Origin: Podarcis liolepis
Taxonomy: Eukaryota
Strand: one strand, 5' to 3'
Length of the DNA: 64,000 bases
Assembly (NCBI GenBank): GCA_965112155.1
Contig: OZ218103.1
Shown here: positions 13,401 through 23,200 of the stretch, one piece after another
Layout: each line of letters starts with the position of its first letter
How positions within the stretch are numbered: position 1 is the first letter of the stretch
Notes under the pieces: model-generated
The model's input: the letters and a program-made list of their open reading frames with translations, nothing else
The model's database searches: none
Told to the model about the DNA's origin: nothing
Program-made: the position numbers and the translations under genes

Positions 13401-13923
13401 AGTATACTCTATACTGCTATAGTGTGTAGCAGAGCAATATTAATGTTTACCTCCCAAGGATGACAGCAAATAGTTTCTGAACTGGCTTCAATAGAATCCA
13501 CAAGATTGGAACGGGAGCCGCCTTCAGTGCTGAAGATCTGTGAAAAGGCCTGTGAAACTGGACATTCTGAGAAGCAGTCAAGTGTCGAGATTTTTGAAAA
13601 GAAAGTCCTCTTGCCCTTTGCTCAGAGAGAATACAAGGCCTCTTAGAACAGCTGTGTGCAACGTTGAAAATTCCTGCATTCTTAGGGTTCAAAAGCCGCA
13701 CTTGACTTTTATTAATGAGGTTACTGTAGGTGTTGGAACTTTCCGTCATTAAGTAGCACCTTCTGTTTTTACTTTTGTTCCATGATTGGCACTTAGTCAC
13801 TTGATGCTGGTGTCTGTTCAATGCTTCACTGGAAAACTTGTAAGGATTAATGCACTTTCCCCAACAGGCCAAAGATGTAAATCTAGTTAAAAGACAGTTC
13901 CTTGAGCCACTAAGAGCAGCCAT
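1382..13923 (-). CDS. OMA1: OMA1 mitochondrial inner-membrane zinc metallopeptidase (M48 family); spliced CDS, 3' exons lie outside the window
   Basis: Six GT-AG coding exons join in frame over 1188 nt: 13451-13923, 8655-8883, 7099-7272, 6305-6412, 5629-5757, 1382-1456. Peptides [39 protein letters not shown] (HEXXH) and [17 protein letters not shown] match vertebrate OMA1. No stop codon is reached in the window. Confidence 0.96.
1640..1984 (-). mobile_element. Sauria/Squam1-type SINE
   Basis: Minus strand has a tRNA-like head with A box TGGCGCTGTGG and B box GGTTCGAATCC (1919-1929), plus a (ACCTTT)-type tail. Similar to the copies at 7366 and 58725. Confidence 0.9.
3321..4018 (+). mobile_element. 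CR1 LINE, 5'-truncated (ORF2 C-terminus plus 3' UTR)
   Basis: Peptide [19 protein letters not shown]...[12 protein letters not shown]...RRLRGDMI is the typical CR1 ORF2 end. Frameshift near 3720. Ends in the (ATTCTATG)n tail. Possible TSD taatcttg at 3313-3320 and 4019-4026. Confidence 0.95.
4792..4815. repeat. (AAAG)n microsatellite
   Basis: Tandem AAAG units. Confidence 0.8.
5629..5757 (-). CDS. OMA1: OMA1 coding exon 5 (129 nt)
   Basis: TTTTAAG| ... |GTAAGA; encodes [43 protein letters not shown]. Confidence 0.94.
5903..6005. mobile_element. Palindromic MITE remnant (related to 34626)
   Basis: ggactacaactcccat...atgggagttgtagtcc inverted repeat. Confidence 0.65.
6305..6412 (-). CDS. OMA1: OMA1 coding exon 4 (108 nt, HEXXH active site)
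   Basis: CTGCAG| ... |GTATGT; encodes [36 protein letters not shown]. Confidence 0.96.
7099..7272 (-). CDS. OMA1: OMA1 coding exon 3 (174 nt)
   Basis: TTCCAG| ... |GTAAGT; encodes [10 protein letters not shown]...DINAVVLP. Confidence 0.95.
7366..7714 (-). mobile_element. Sauria/Squam1-type SINE with 17-bp TSD
   Basis: Same head and tail structure; perfect flanking repeat gaatatccatggaagag at 7349-7365 and 7715-7731. Confidence 0.92.
8655..8883 (-). CDS. OMA1: OMA1 coding exon 2 (229 nt, transmembrane segment)
   Basis: CTTACAG| ... |GTGGGT; encodes [17 protein letters not shown]...[18 protein letters not shown]...EYAM. Confidence 0.95.
9516..9975 (-). mobile_element. Probable solo LTR (460 bp)
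   Basis: TGTCAG...CTGACA inverted termini; 5-bp flanks cctgg/cctag; ATTAAA on the minus strand at 9605-9610. Confidence 0.6.
10561..10803. mobile_element. Degenerate Tc1/mariner (Tigger-like) MITE
   Basis: TA|CAGTCGTACCTC left end; internal sequence is the reverse complement of the family below; right TIR is decayed. Confidence 0.65.
11566..11769. mobile_element. Tc1/mariner (Tigger-like) MITE
   Basis: TIRs CAGTGGTACCTC...GAGGTACCACTG with TA duplication. Confidence 0.88.
13083..13294. mobile_element. Tc1/mariner (Tigger-like) MITE
   Basis: Same TIRs and TA duplication; shared core ggccccattagctaaagtgg. Confidence 0.88.
13451..13923 (-). CDS. OMA1: OMA1 first coding exon (exon spans 13451-13945), mitochondrial presequence region
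   Basis: Acceptor TTTCTAG| before 13945; ATG at 13923 in GAGATGG context; ends LFAVILG-R with donor GTAAAC. Confidence 0.9.
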
Positions 13924-15339
13924 CTCTCTCTCTCATGTGTTACACCTAGAAATGTAAATCAAGAGTATATATTTTTAAATGATGCAATAGCAAATGATAA
14001 CGCTATAAGACACTATGCTCTTTAAGGGTGTGTATTCACTAGAACTCAGTACTGGGTATTGGGAAAACCTCAGCATGGTTCTCCCAAAGTGCTGGGAGCT
14101 GTTGTTGGGGACAATGGCCTAGTTCAGATAATTGTTCCAGGTTTCAAAAACTATGGTTTATTAAATTAGGCGCATGAGCCAGGGCCAAATACCTAAACCC
14201 TTTCCACTGTTCTGCTTCATTTCTGATTTACAAAAAGCCAGAGTTGTGGGTCCAAAACTGTGTAAATCTGTCAGTTAGTTAGCAACCAGGATAATATCTG
14301 ACAATAAGCCAAAATTCTCCAGATATAATAGGGAACTCAGGCTTAGTAAAAGCCAGAAATGACGTGCTGAACAGACACACTATTAAACATGAAAAAAATA
14401 CACACTGAAGAGTAAAAGAGGGTCAAAACAAGTACAGTTCTCCCTATCCCATTGCTAGTTCCCAAGTTCACAAACTATTAAGACCGACTTCCCCCACTTC
14501 GGGCCGAACCACATTTTGGGAAGCCCAGAAAAATAGTCCAAACCAAGCCAATGGGTCACACAGAATCTTTACATCCATGAGCTACATCACACATTGTTCA
14601 GGTAAGCAGTTAGTACACGACAATGTGTGGGAGTGAGCCGTGGACTCTTTTCTCCCAACAGGACACACCTGTATGAGTAGGACTTCTATAATACATCCAC
14701 CCCATTTTTTAAACTTGCATGAACTGCATGTAAACCCCATTTACACACAGAGTGGGAGAGAATATGTGGTCCCTATAAGAACATCAAGGGTTGGAACCAA
14801 TGTAAGAATCCTGACCACAGCCACTGGCACTTATTTTCCATATGTGACACCTTGGTTTCCAACCAAAATTTGAGATACAGTGAAGTGATTGCAGAGTTGA
14901 AAAAGTTGATTTGGGTGTAATATCCCACTGCAGTAAATGCAGGTCCCACTTCTGATCTTTAGCTGACCATTTCTCTGGTTGATTAGTTCAAATCACTGGG
15001 TTGCCGTCAACTGCCGTTTACTCAGAGTAATTAACTTGTACTCACTTAAATTACTGGACCTAAGTTAATTGCAGCCATTAATTTAAAGACGCCTACTCTG
15101 AATAAAAGATAGTTGAATACAACCCACCACATGAAATTCAGCACACACAAAACTTCCTTGGCATCCGTAGCTCATGGCCCTCTGTCCACCCTTTTTACCT
15201 TGTTCTCTGTTCAGTGTCAGCAGCAAACTCCTTCCCTCAGTCAACCCCTTCCCTTAACTCTCTGATTTGGCTTCCCTTTCAAAGTTTCCAAATATCACCT
15301 CCATCACTAAATCACTAGGTGTCTTTATGCAAGCCACAA

Positions 15340-15490
15340 TCTCTCATCTTCACCCCCTATTCTCCACCTGCAAGATGGAGATAGTAATATTGATCTACCT
15401 GGCAGAGTTGTTGTAAGGATTATTGAGAGATTACAAGTAAAATGCCCTGAGCTCTCTGAAGTGCTTTATAAGCACGAAGTAGTATACTAG
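15340..15490 (+). mobile_element. Ancient CORE-SINE (MIR-like) fragment
   Basis: ccacctgcaagatggagatagtaatattgatctacctggcagagttgttgtaaggatt resembles the CORE domain. Confidence 0.6.
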
Positions 15491-15523
15491 CAGCTAACCC
15501 CCTGCTTTGTTTACCATCTAGCC

Positions 15524-15641
15524 CAGCCTCCTCCAACCTGGTGCCCTCCATAAGTTCTGGACTACAATTCCCATCCGCAGCACAGCTGTGGTAGCTGGGA
15601 CTGATGGGAGTTACAGTCCAAATCTACAGGGCACCAGGTTA
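15524..15641. mobile_element. Palindromic hAT-type MITE (related to 34626)
   Basis: actacaattcccatc...gatgggagttacagt hairpin; 8-bp direct repeat atctagcc at 15516-15523 and 15642-15649. Confidence 0.7.
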
Positions 15642-16149
15642 ATCTAGCCTGAGAAGTCAAAAGCTTGGGCACTATCCTGTCCAGGACAGATTCATTAACA
15701 ATGCACTCGTGTCCCATGGAAAACACCCTCATGAAAGTTCATGTACTACCTTCAATATCAGGAGCCAACTCCCTGTGAGGGAAGATCTGGCCGTCATATT
15801 CAAACCCAGAGACAATTGAATGGAGAGAATGACACAACGAAATAGGCGAGGCTTTAACTAAGGCTGACTATCCAAATGTCAAAAAAGGGGCACCGGGGCG
15901 AGCAAAATGAGGGGCAGGCAGGTGTTCTTTCCCGGAAGTAGAGCCATTCTTCTTTCCCTCATAGAACAGACATTTCTCACTTAAATTTCAAGTCAAATTT
16001 CCATTGCTAATTAAAACCAGCAATGAACGGCTGGATTAGGTGGGAATCCTAAACCATATTATCTGCTATATGAGTACATATCGGGGGTTCGCCTTGTGAC
16101 TTGGGTGGCTTTGTCCCACAGAAGCAGTCACAAAGTGGAGGCCTGAGGG

Positions 16150-17000
16150 ACCAGAGACGATGCAACGTACACGCACACCCTCTCTCCTGCGCCTCAAGCC
16201 ATGCGAGAGAACCCAGGTTTCCCTTGGCGCAGAAGAGCCGAGGGGGAACGGACCCGCCGCCTCCCTGCGCCACCTGAGCCTCTTTGGCCAACGTCAACAG
16301 GAGACGCTGCGAGGGCAGGAAGGGGAAACGCCTTCCGAAGAAGACGCAGAAGCAGGGAAACCGGAGCCAATAGAGAGCAAGCGGGGCGCCTCCTTATAAC
16401 GCGCGCCTGGAGGGGAGCGAGAGCTGTGCGTCCACAAGGCTGGTTGCCTTTCCCCCGCCATGGCCACTCCCATCACCTACCAGCCGCGACAGAACAAACT
16501 GGTTCCAGGAAGAGGAGGCGAGGTTACCAAAAGCTCAAGTCAGAGACGAGGCGCGGAGGAGGCGAGGAGCAAGATCCCCTGCTCCCTTGGCTGGCGATCC
16601 CTCCAGCAAGTGAAGACGTAATGGGGGGGGGGCTTGAGATACCAGCGCTTTCCCCTTACTCGCCGCCCGCCCGACCCTTGGAGAGAAGAAGGGGCGCCGC
16701 GCGTAAAGACGCAATGGCGACCTCTAGGACCCTTTGGCCGCGGAGAGGCGCGCCCTTCGCCCTCCCCGTGCACCAGGCCTCTTCCCCCTGCGCTCTACGG
16801 CTGGGGCGGCCGCTTGCCTTTCCTTCCGGGCTGGGGAGGGGAGGGAGCCAATCGGTGGCGGAGTTTCCCTGTTTCGCGACCGAGAGAAGGCCGCCTCCAG
16901 CCGCTGTGTTTACTGTCAGCGAGTTGAGCGTGGAGGAGATTCAGAGATGTGATTCTGCACCTACCTACCGGCAGTCCGGAGAGATGGAATGCATAGAATC
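16150..17000 (-). promoter_or_regulatory. CpG island: probable OMA1 promoter and non-coding first exon
   Basis: GC/CpG-rich block about 2.2 kb upstream of the first coding exon. CCAAT at 16848-16852 and GC boxes present. Candidate minus-strand donors: |GTAGGT (exon end 16481) and |GTAAGG (exon end 16660). Confidence 0.75.
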
Positions 17001-17050
17001 GTAACGAAGGGATCCCGAGGGTCATCCAGTCCAACCCCCTGCAATGCACA
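16990..17050 (-). mobile_element. Short CR1 3'-end fragment
   Basis: Reverse complement gives cagggggttggactggatgaccctc...gattctatg, like the tail of the CR1 at 3321-4018. Confidence 0.6.
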
Positions 17051-17106
17051 AAATTTGCCATATTCGGTGGCATGTGTAGAACCAGGTTTTTAAATGTGCT
17101 TGTCAG

Positions 17107-17236
17107 CATGGGCGTAGCCAAGGGGGTGCAGCTATGCCCCCCAGGTCAAATAAAACAATAAAAATACTTAACTAACTGACCAATTACTTCGGTTTTTCGC
17201 CCCCCTCCCCCAGCAAAAGTCCTGGCTACACCCATG
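17107..17236. mobile_element. hAT-type MITE
   Basis: TIRs CATGGGCGTAGCCA/TGGCTACACCCATG; 8-bp TSD cttgtcag/cttgccag. Confidence 0.82.
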
Positions 17237-20200
17237 CTTGCCAGATGTGGATCTGCCACTACTTCCATTAGTACACCAGCGATGGATGGTTCAGAAGTGT
17301 CTTGGGGCACTTACACTACCCTCAAATGGGCACACACGTATTGCAAGTGCATTTACATGCAACTAGGTAACACTGGGAAATAAATGTTCACTTGTGGTGG
17401 CTTTCCCATAGCCCAGGGGTACTAGAGAAATCAAATGGAAGAAACCTTTAAAAGGTGGCTCATCAACAGCCTTTCCTGTTGCAAGGGAAGACAGAGATTT
17501 TTCTCCTTCTGGACATCTGGATTTCAAAATTAGGGGAAGACAAACAAGTGGTTGGCCAGGTTATGCCATAATGGACTGTTGTGTGAAGAGGGTACTTTTT
17601 GGTGGCTGCAGGGTCCAGAGCATACTGTAATTAGAGCCTAGGAGGAGCACATCAGTTATACTTTCTTGCCCTTGGCCTGTCATCCAGTACAGAACCAGAG
17701 TTTACTTGTGAGCTAAGGAGGCATTAAAGGAACCAAGCAGTGAGCTGCGAAAAGTTTTGAGGGGCTGGAAAGCAGAGATGCACTAGGCTCACTCAGCTCA
17801 GGGGTGGGAAACCTCTGACCTGCAGGACTAATTTGGCTCGGCATGGGTTCCAGTTTGGGGCACAAAGCCATTTTCCCAAAACCGTGCCCACCTGCCCCAC
17901 ACCTGCAACATGAAGAGGGGGGGGGGCTGGTAGAAACACAGCTGCCTTTGCACAATCAGGAGCCTTAAAGTGCCCCAGCAAGGGAGGCTTCTTGTCACTG
18001 GCAATGAGAGTGATCCTGTCGGGTTCAGCTGTGCTACTAAGTTCCCCATGGAGAACTTGGCAGCGCAGCCAACCCCTGCCCAAAGCGGCTCATGAAAGCG
18101 GATCACTCTGCTCTCCACAGTCCCCCACCAACCTGGGAGCAAACTCAAAACGCCACCTTGTGATCTTTCATAGGAAAGTATGGTTTATAAATATGTAAAC
18201 AAAATAAATGATGCAAGCACTAAATTCCCTTTTGCAGCTGTATTACACCTTCTTCTGTATCTTCACAACAGCCATTATGACGTAGGTTAGGCTGAGAGTT
18301 GGTGAATAGCCTAAGGTAGGAAGTGAGCAAAAACAAGGACAAGTTAAGTGAGTTTAAAATGTGAAACTGCACATGCTCATGGTGTTTTCTTTTTGTTTAT
18401 CAGGGTTGGGAAAATGCTTTTCCTTTGTGGTTTGCTGATGATTGTGCACCTGAACAGACTCACAAGTACTTTTTGTAGCCCATGAAAGGTTTTGTGATAA
18501 TAAACCACAAGACTTATTTTGTGAGAATTTATTCCATTTCTTCCTTTTGGGAGGAAGGGGGGGGGGGCTATTTTGGGAACTGAACTAGGGCCCTCAAATC
18601 ACCTTAAAAGGAAGGTGGTGGGTTGCATTCTCCTGTGCCTTATTCAGAAATATGAAGCCGTGATAGTTATTCTAGGGAATCTTGGAAACAGCAAACAACA
18701 CTATCTCCATTGTCAAGTCATGTTTGCATCCTGTCAGCCCTTCAGCCAGACGGATGGCATAACCTTACAAGTCATTAGCTCCTCTATTTTCAAAAAAAAT
18801 GCTTATCTTTCATTAAGTATTCATAAAATAATAAGAATGTTAAACCACTGTGAAATATTTATAGAGCAGTAAGGAACAGGTTTACTCTACAGATTTGGAA
18901 CTGAGATTTTGAATATTTAGAGATATATTTATGCATTGCTTTTGAAGATGACATTTGCAAACAAGAAAGGAGATATTGCCCATGAACCTGAAATAAGTAG
19001 CTCTGGGAGCTGAGTTTCTTAAAAAATAATTGTGGCATAAAATTATGAGGCTTGCAATAAAATATTAGCTGCAGCTGTCAAGCTGCCAGTCCTGACACTA
19101 AAACTCCCTGGTTCATTTAGCACCCGCTACTCAGGCTGAATCTTATATGCTCCTTTCTGGGGAAAAGTTCCACTGAACTCAGTGGGGCATACTCCAGGGC
19201 AAACAGGTATAGGCTCGCATCCACACCATATATTAAAGCCTATTGCTTCTCCCAAAGAATTCTGGGAACTCTCATTTGTTCAGGGTGCTGGGAAATTGTA
19301 GCTGCAGGGGTTAAATGACAGCTCCCAGGTTTCTTTAGGGGAAGCCATTTTTTTAAATGTGCTTTTTTAAATGTGCACAGTCCACACCTTCACATCTGCA
19401 GACTGGCCTGGTTCAGATACCAGAGTTCTCACCAGAGACAACTGAAAATTACTGAGACCCACTGTTTTGGCTCCCACTCAGAGACACAGTACTTGAACTT
19501 TCAACTTTATTGCCAAAGGCTTTATTCCAAAATTCTCTGCAGAGTCTAAAAATAGGTCAGGTTACAGGTACACAGGTCAGGAGTTCAAAAGCTCTCTAAG
19601 ACGAATGGCTAAGATGTCTCAACACTTGACACACATGCTTGACCCACCTTTTGAAGAGCAGGGCAGGTGCGGTCATTTGTGTTGTTCTCTTACCAAAGAC
19701 TAGGCAGGCAAGCAGGCACTCCTGCAAGTAGGCTGGCTCTGCTGGTGCTGACACGGCCAATGGAATGTCCTTAGAGATGGAGCAGTGCGTCCATCTCATG
19801 GTCTGACCTAGGCTCAGAAACCTTCCTTGAGGTGGGAAAAGCTTCACGGCAGGGTGGAGACTGGATCAGATGTCTCTCCCACAGCTGGAACATCCAGTGC
19901 CACTGGGGTGGTGCTTTCTCCCAGCAAACCACTTGGCCCCTCCCCAACGCCAGGCACTCTTCCCATTCGTCATCCCCCTTGGACCAGCCCTGCCAAGATG
20001 TCTTCACAGGGCATATGACACCCACCCTGAGAGACTTCTTGTTCACATGTCCTTTAAGGCTTTCCCATAGTTGGCCACTGTGAGAACAGGAAGCTGGACT
20101 AGATGAGCCATTGGCCTGATAAAGCAGGCACTTCCTATGTTCTTAAAATGGGGCAGACCCAGATTCAAAATGGCAGCAAAGACAGTTTGGCATAATCACC

Positions 20201-23200
20201 TGGCAATTGCTGATATTGATACCTAATCCTTCTTTGGAAATTGCTAAACCAGAACGAGCCACAGTGAGCCTCAGGCTTGCCCCTCTTCCAGCCTGGCTAC
20301 GAGGAATTCACATCCATTTGGGCTTAGCTCCAGCTTCTCATATTGTGAGAAACAACAAACAATTGTGTTTGCTGTTAATAATGGTTTGAAACAAGGAACC
20401 TTAAAACCATGGGCTATGAAGTTTGCTTGTTTAAACAACCACAGTTAAAATGAACAACAATTTGGTTTAGAGAAACACACTAAACTGTGGTTAATGGAAG
20501 AGTGAAAGGTTCTGACATGCCATTTCAAACATGCCAGAGGCTCAGCTTGCTGTGACTCATTCTTGTCACACTAAACTATGGTTTAGCTTGCCATCCGAAT
20601 GTGGCTGCTGCACAGATACTCTGTCAATTGTGGGTGTATGAAGCTTATGTTATGGTACTAAATTCACATTATGCACCCTGCTTTTCTAAAACACCCCTGA
20701 CTGGCAATCCTACATATTAATATTCTGAAGTTGTCACCAAATGTAGCATGAGTAATTACAGGATAGCTTCATTGAAATCCAACAGTGAATACCTCTTAAT
20801 ATAGAAATGTAACATGTATAGTCATACAATTAGAAATGTGTAAGTGCTGGTTTTCTTTAAATAGGCAGCTAGATCTACAGACATAAGTAGTTATTAAAGG
20901 CTGTGGCTGTTCGTGAATTTTAATGAAGACATAGCACCTTTTATTTTGAGGAAAGGATCAAAAAGAGCTTTTAAAAATAAAGTTCCCAAGAGACTCTGGC
21001 CTTAGGTCAACCTTTGGACAACTGAACTAAAATTATTTTCTATACAAAACACCCGACACCTTATATTGTACATAGACCTTGGCTGCTACAGGTTTTACCA
21101 AGGGCAAGCTCTGAGGTATATCCAGAAATATAGCAGCCCTTTAAAATATGCTTCGAGCATTTTGCTCCTGAGATAAAGAGAAAAGAAAATAGAAAAACAC
21201 CATCTGCATTTCATTAACAGGAGGACTGCTTTGCCTACCAAACACCGTGCCTAGAAAAGGCAGAAAAAAGCAGGAGGAGCTGAAATTGTATTTTGCTGAA
21301 ATGCATAGCAATTCCAGAATTAAAATTTCATAGGATTATGGATGTCAAAATGCGGATTTGGAGAGTATGTGTGAAAAACCCTGAAATGGCTGAATAAAAT
21401 GTTGCTAAAACAATTGCTGTCCCTTTGTATGATAGATGCATGACTTTTGTAAATTGAAGCCCAAATGAAATTTACCTTACCTCCAAGGAGTGCTGTTTAT
21501 ACAATACACCTAAAATATAAACTTTTCCTGGCTGCCAGGTCCCCCAGTATGATAGCTTACTAAAAGATGACAGGTGAAAACGTTTTTTCTCTACCTTTTT
21601 ATGCTTGCAGATATTGTTCAATAGTCCCCAGAAAGAATTAACAGATTTTAACATTCTTGTACAAAGAAACTGTACTGTATCTGTGTAAATATTCAGGGAA
21701 TGACAGAGGTTAGAGAGAGAATTAGAACTAGGATTCCCCTCCCCCCTCCCTTTGTGCACTGGAGACCCCATTCAAATAGGCCATTTACTAGAAAGATCCA
21801 ATTATTATACTGTTGTTCAGCATATTTCCTCCGGTGAGAAAAAAGACAATTTTTTCACACACACACACACGTGTCTAGTGGGGACAGACGTTTATTCCAA
21901 ATAAAAATTGCCTGAGAAATAATGGGAGCAAATGTCACCAGTTCTTTTGGGGTCCATCTCTAAAACCTCAGAGGAGGATTACAAATCCATTCTCATCCTG
22001 CCTCTCATTTAGATAACAACCATGTGTCTCCCCATAATTGTTTCCTAGGTAGTGAAGTGTACTGGAGTAGGATTCTAAGTGTATTGTCCCTCAGGGAGCA
22101 AAGACCTTCATGAAAATAAAATGAGGATCTTGTCAGCTTATTCAGCGTGTGCAAAATTTTAACGAGGCAAAACTGTGGCATAAGGAATAGTGCTCTGGCT
22201 GCCAAACAATATATATAAATATATATAAAACCTGGGAAAGTCAAGTCTTCCTGCTCTGATAGGCAATTGTAACATCTCAAGATTAATTTTAGCATTAAAA
22301 TGAAGTAATTGCGGCACTTAGAAATTTATCAAAACCCTGAAACAGATCAATGGGAAGGCTTTGAAAAGGGTAATTGTACCTGCATGGGAAAGATTATTGC
22401 TGTAATAGTATTAACCATCCCAATTAAGGAATAGGGAATTGAGGGGGCAATTTGTTAATATTACAACCCATTCTCTGAAGAAGTGGTTAAAACTCTAAGA
22501 TATAAATTATGTAGTGTTTATCAGTATTTTATCACGATTATTTAATTACTTAAACTGTTCCAACTGTCATGTACCTAGCTTTTTTGTAAAGCACTTGTGA
22601 TTAGATATATCTATATATTTCCTAAGCATGTCAAAGGACAAGAAAACCATTTCCAGTGTGGTGAGATCACTTTACATTATATACAGTATGATTGCGCTGC
22701 TAAAACAACAGAGTTTTCTTACACCTCAACAACTATTAAATTTATTGTCACCCAAACTTCTGTGGGCCAGATTCCAATTCATCAGAAAGCATGAATATGT
22801 TTATTAAATTTCTACAAATTTCACATGTAATTCCAATACATAATAATTTTTTTCTTTTGTTTTATCAACTTCCCCTTTTTTATTTCGGCCCCTTGCTGCA
22901 CCCTATCTTCTGTCTCTTATATTATAATCACAATGCAATAATTTCTAATTCATTCTTTTGCTCATAGTTCAAATCCTGCTCATGGGTTCTTCATACTATA
23001 ATATTTCTTTAAATAATCTCCAAAAAGAGGCTTTCATTCTTCAATAAAAGAATCATCACTATTTTTTCTTATTACTGAAACTGGGTGCAAAACCTATTAC
23101 TATGTGCTGATTAAAGTGAAATATTTTTTGTTGGATGGTTTCAGCTCTAGCGACATCTGGATCATGTTTAATGAGGCAACCGTTCTGACCCTCCACATTC

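Noticed and set aside
16201-17004. 267-aa plus-strand ORF and overlapping ORFs
   Set aside because: Arg/Pro/Gly-rich products are typical of stop-poor CpG-island DNA; no domain. A divergent non-coding RNA cannot be excluded.
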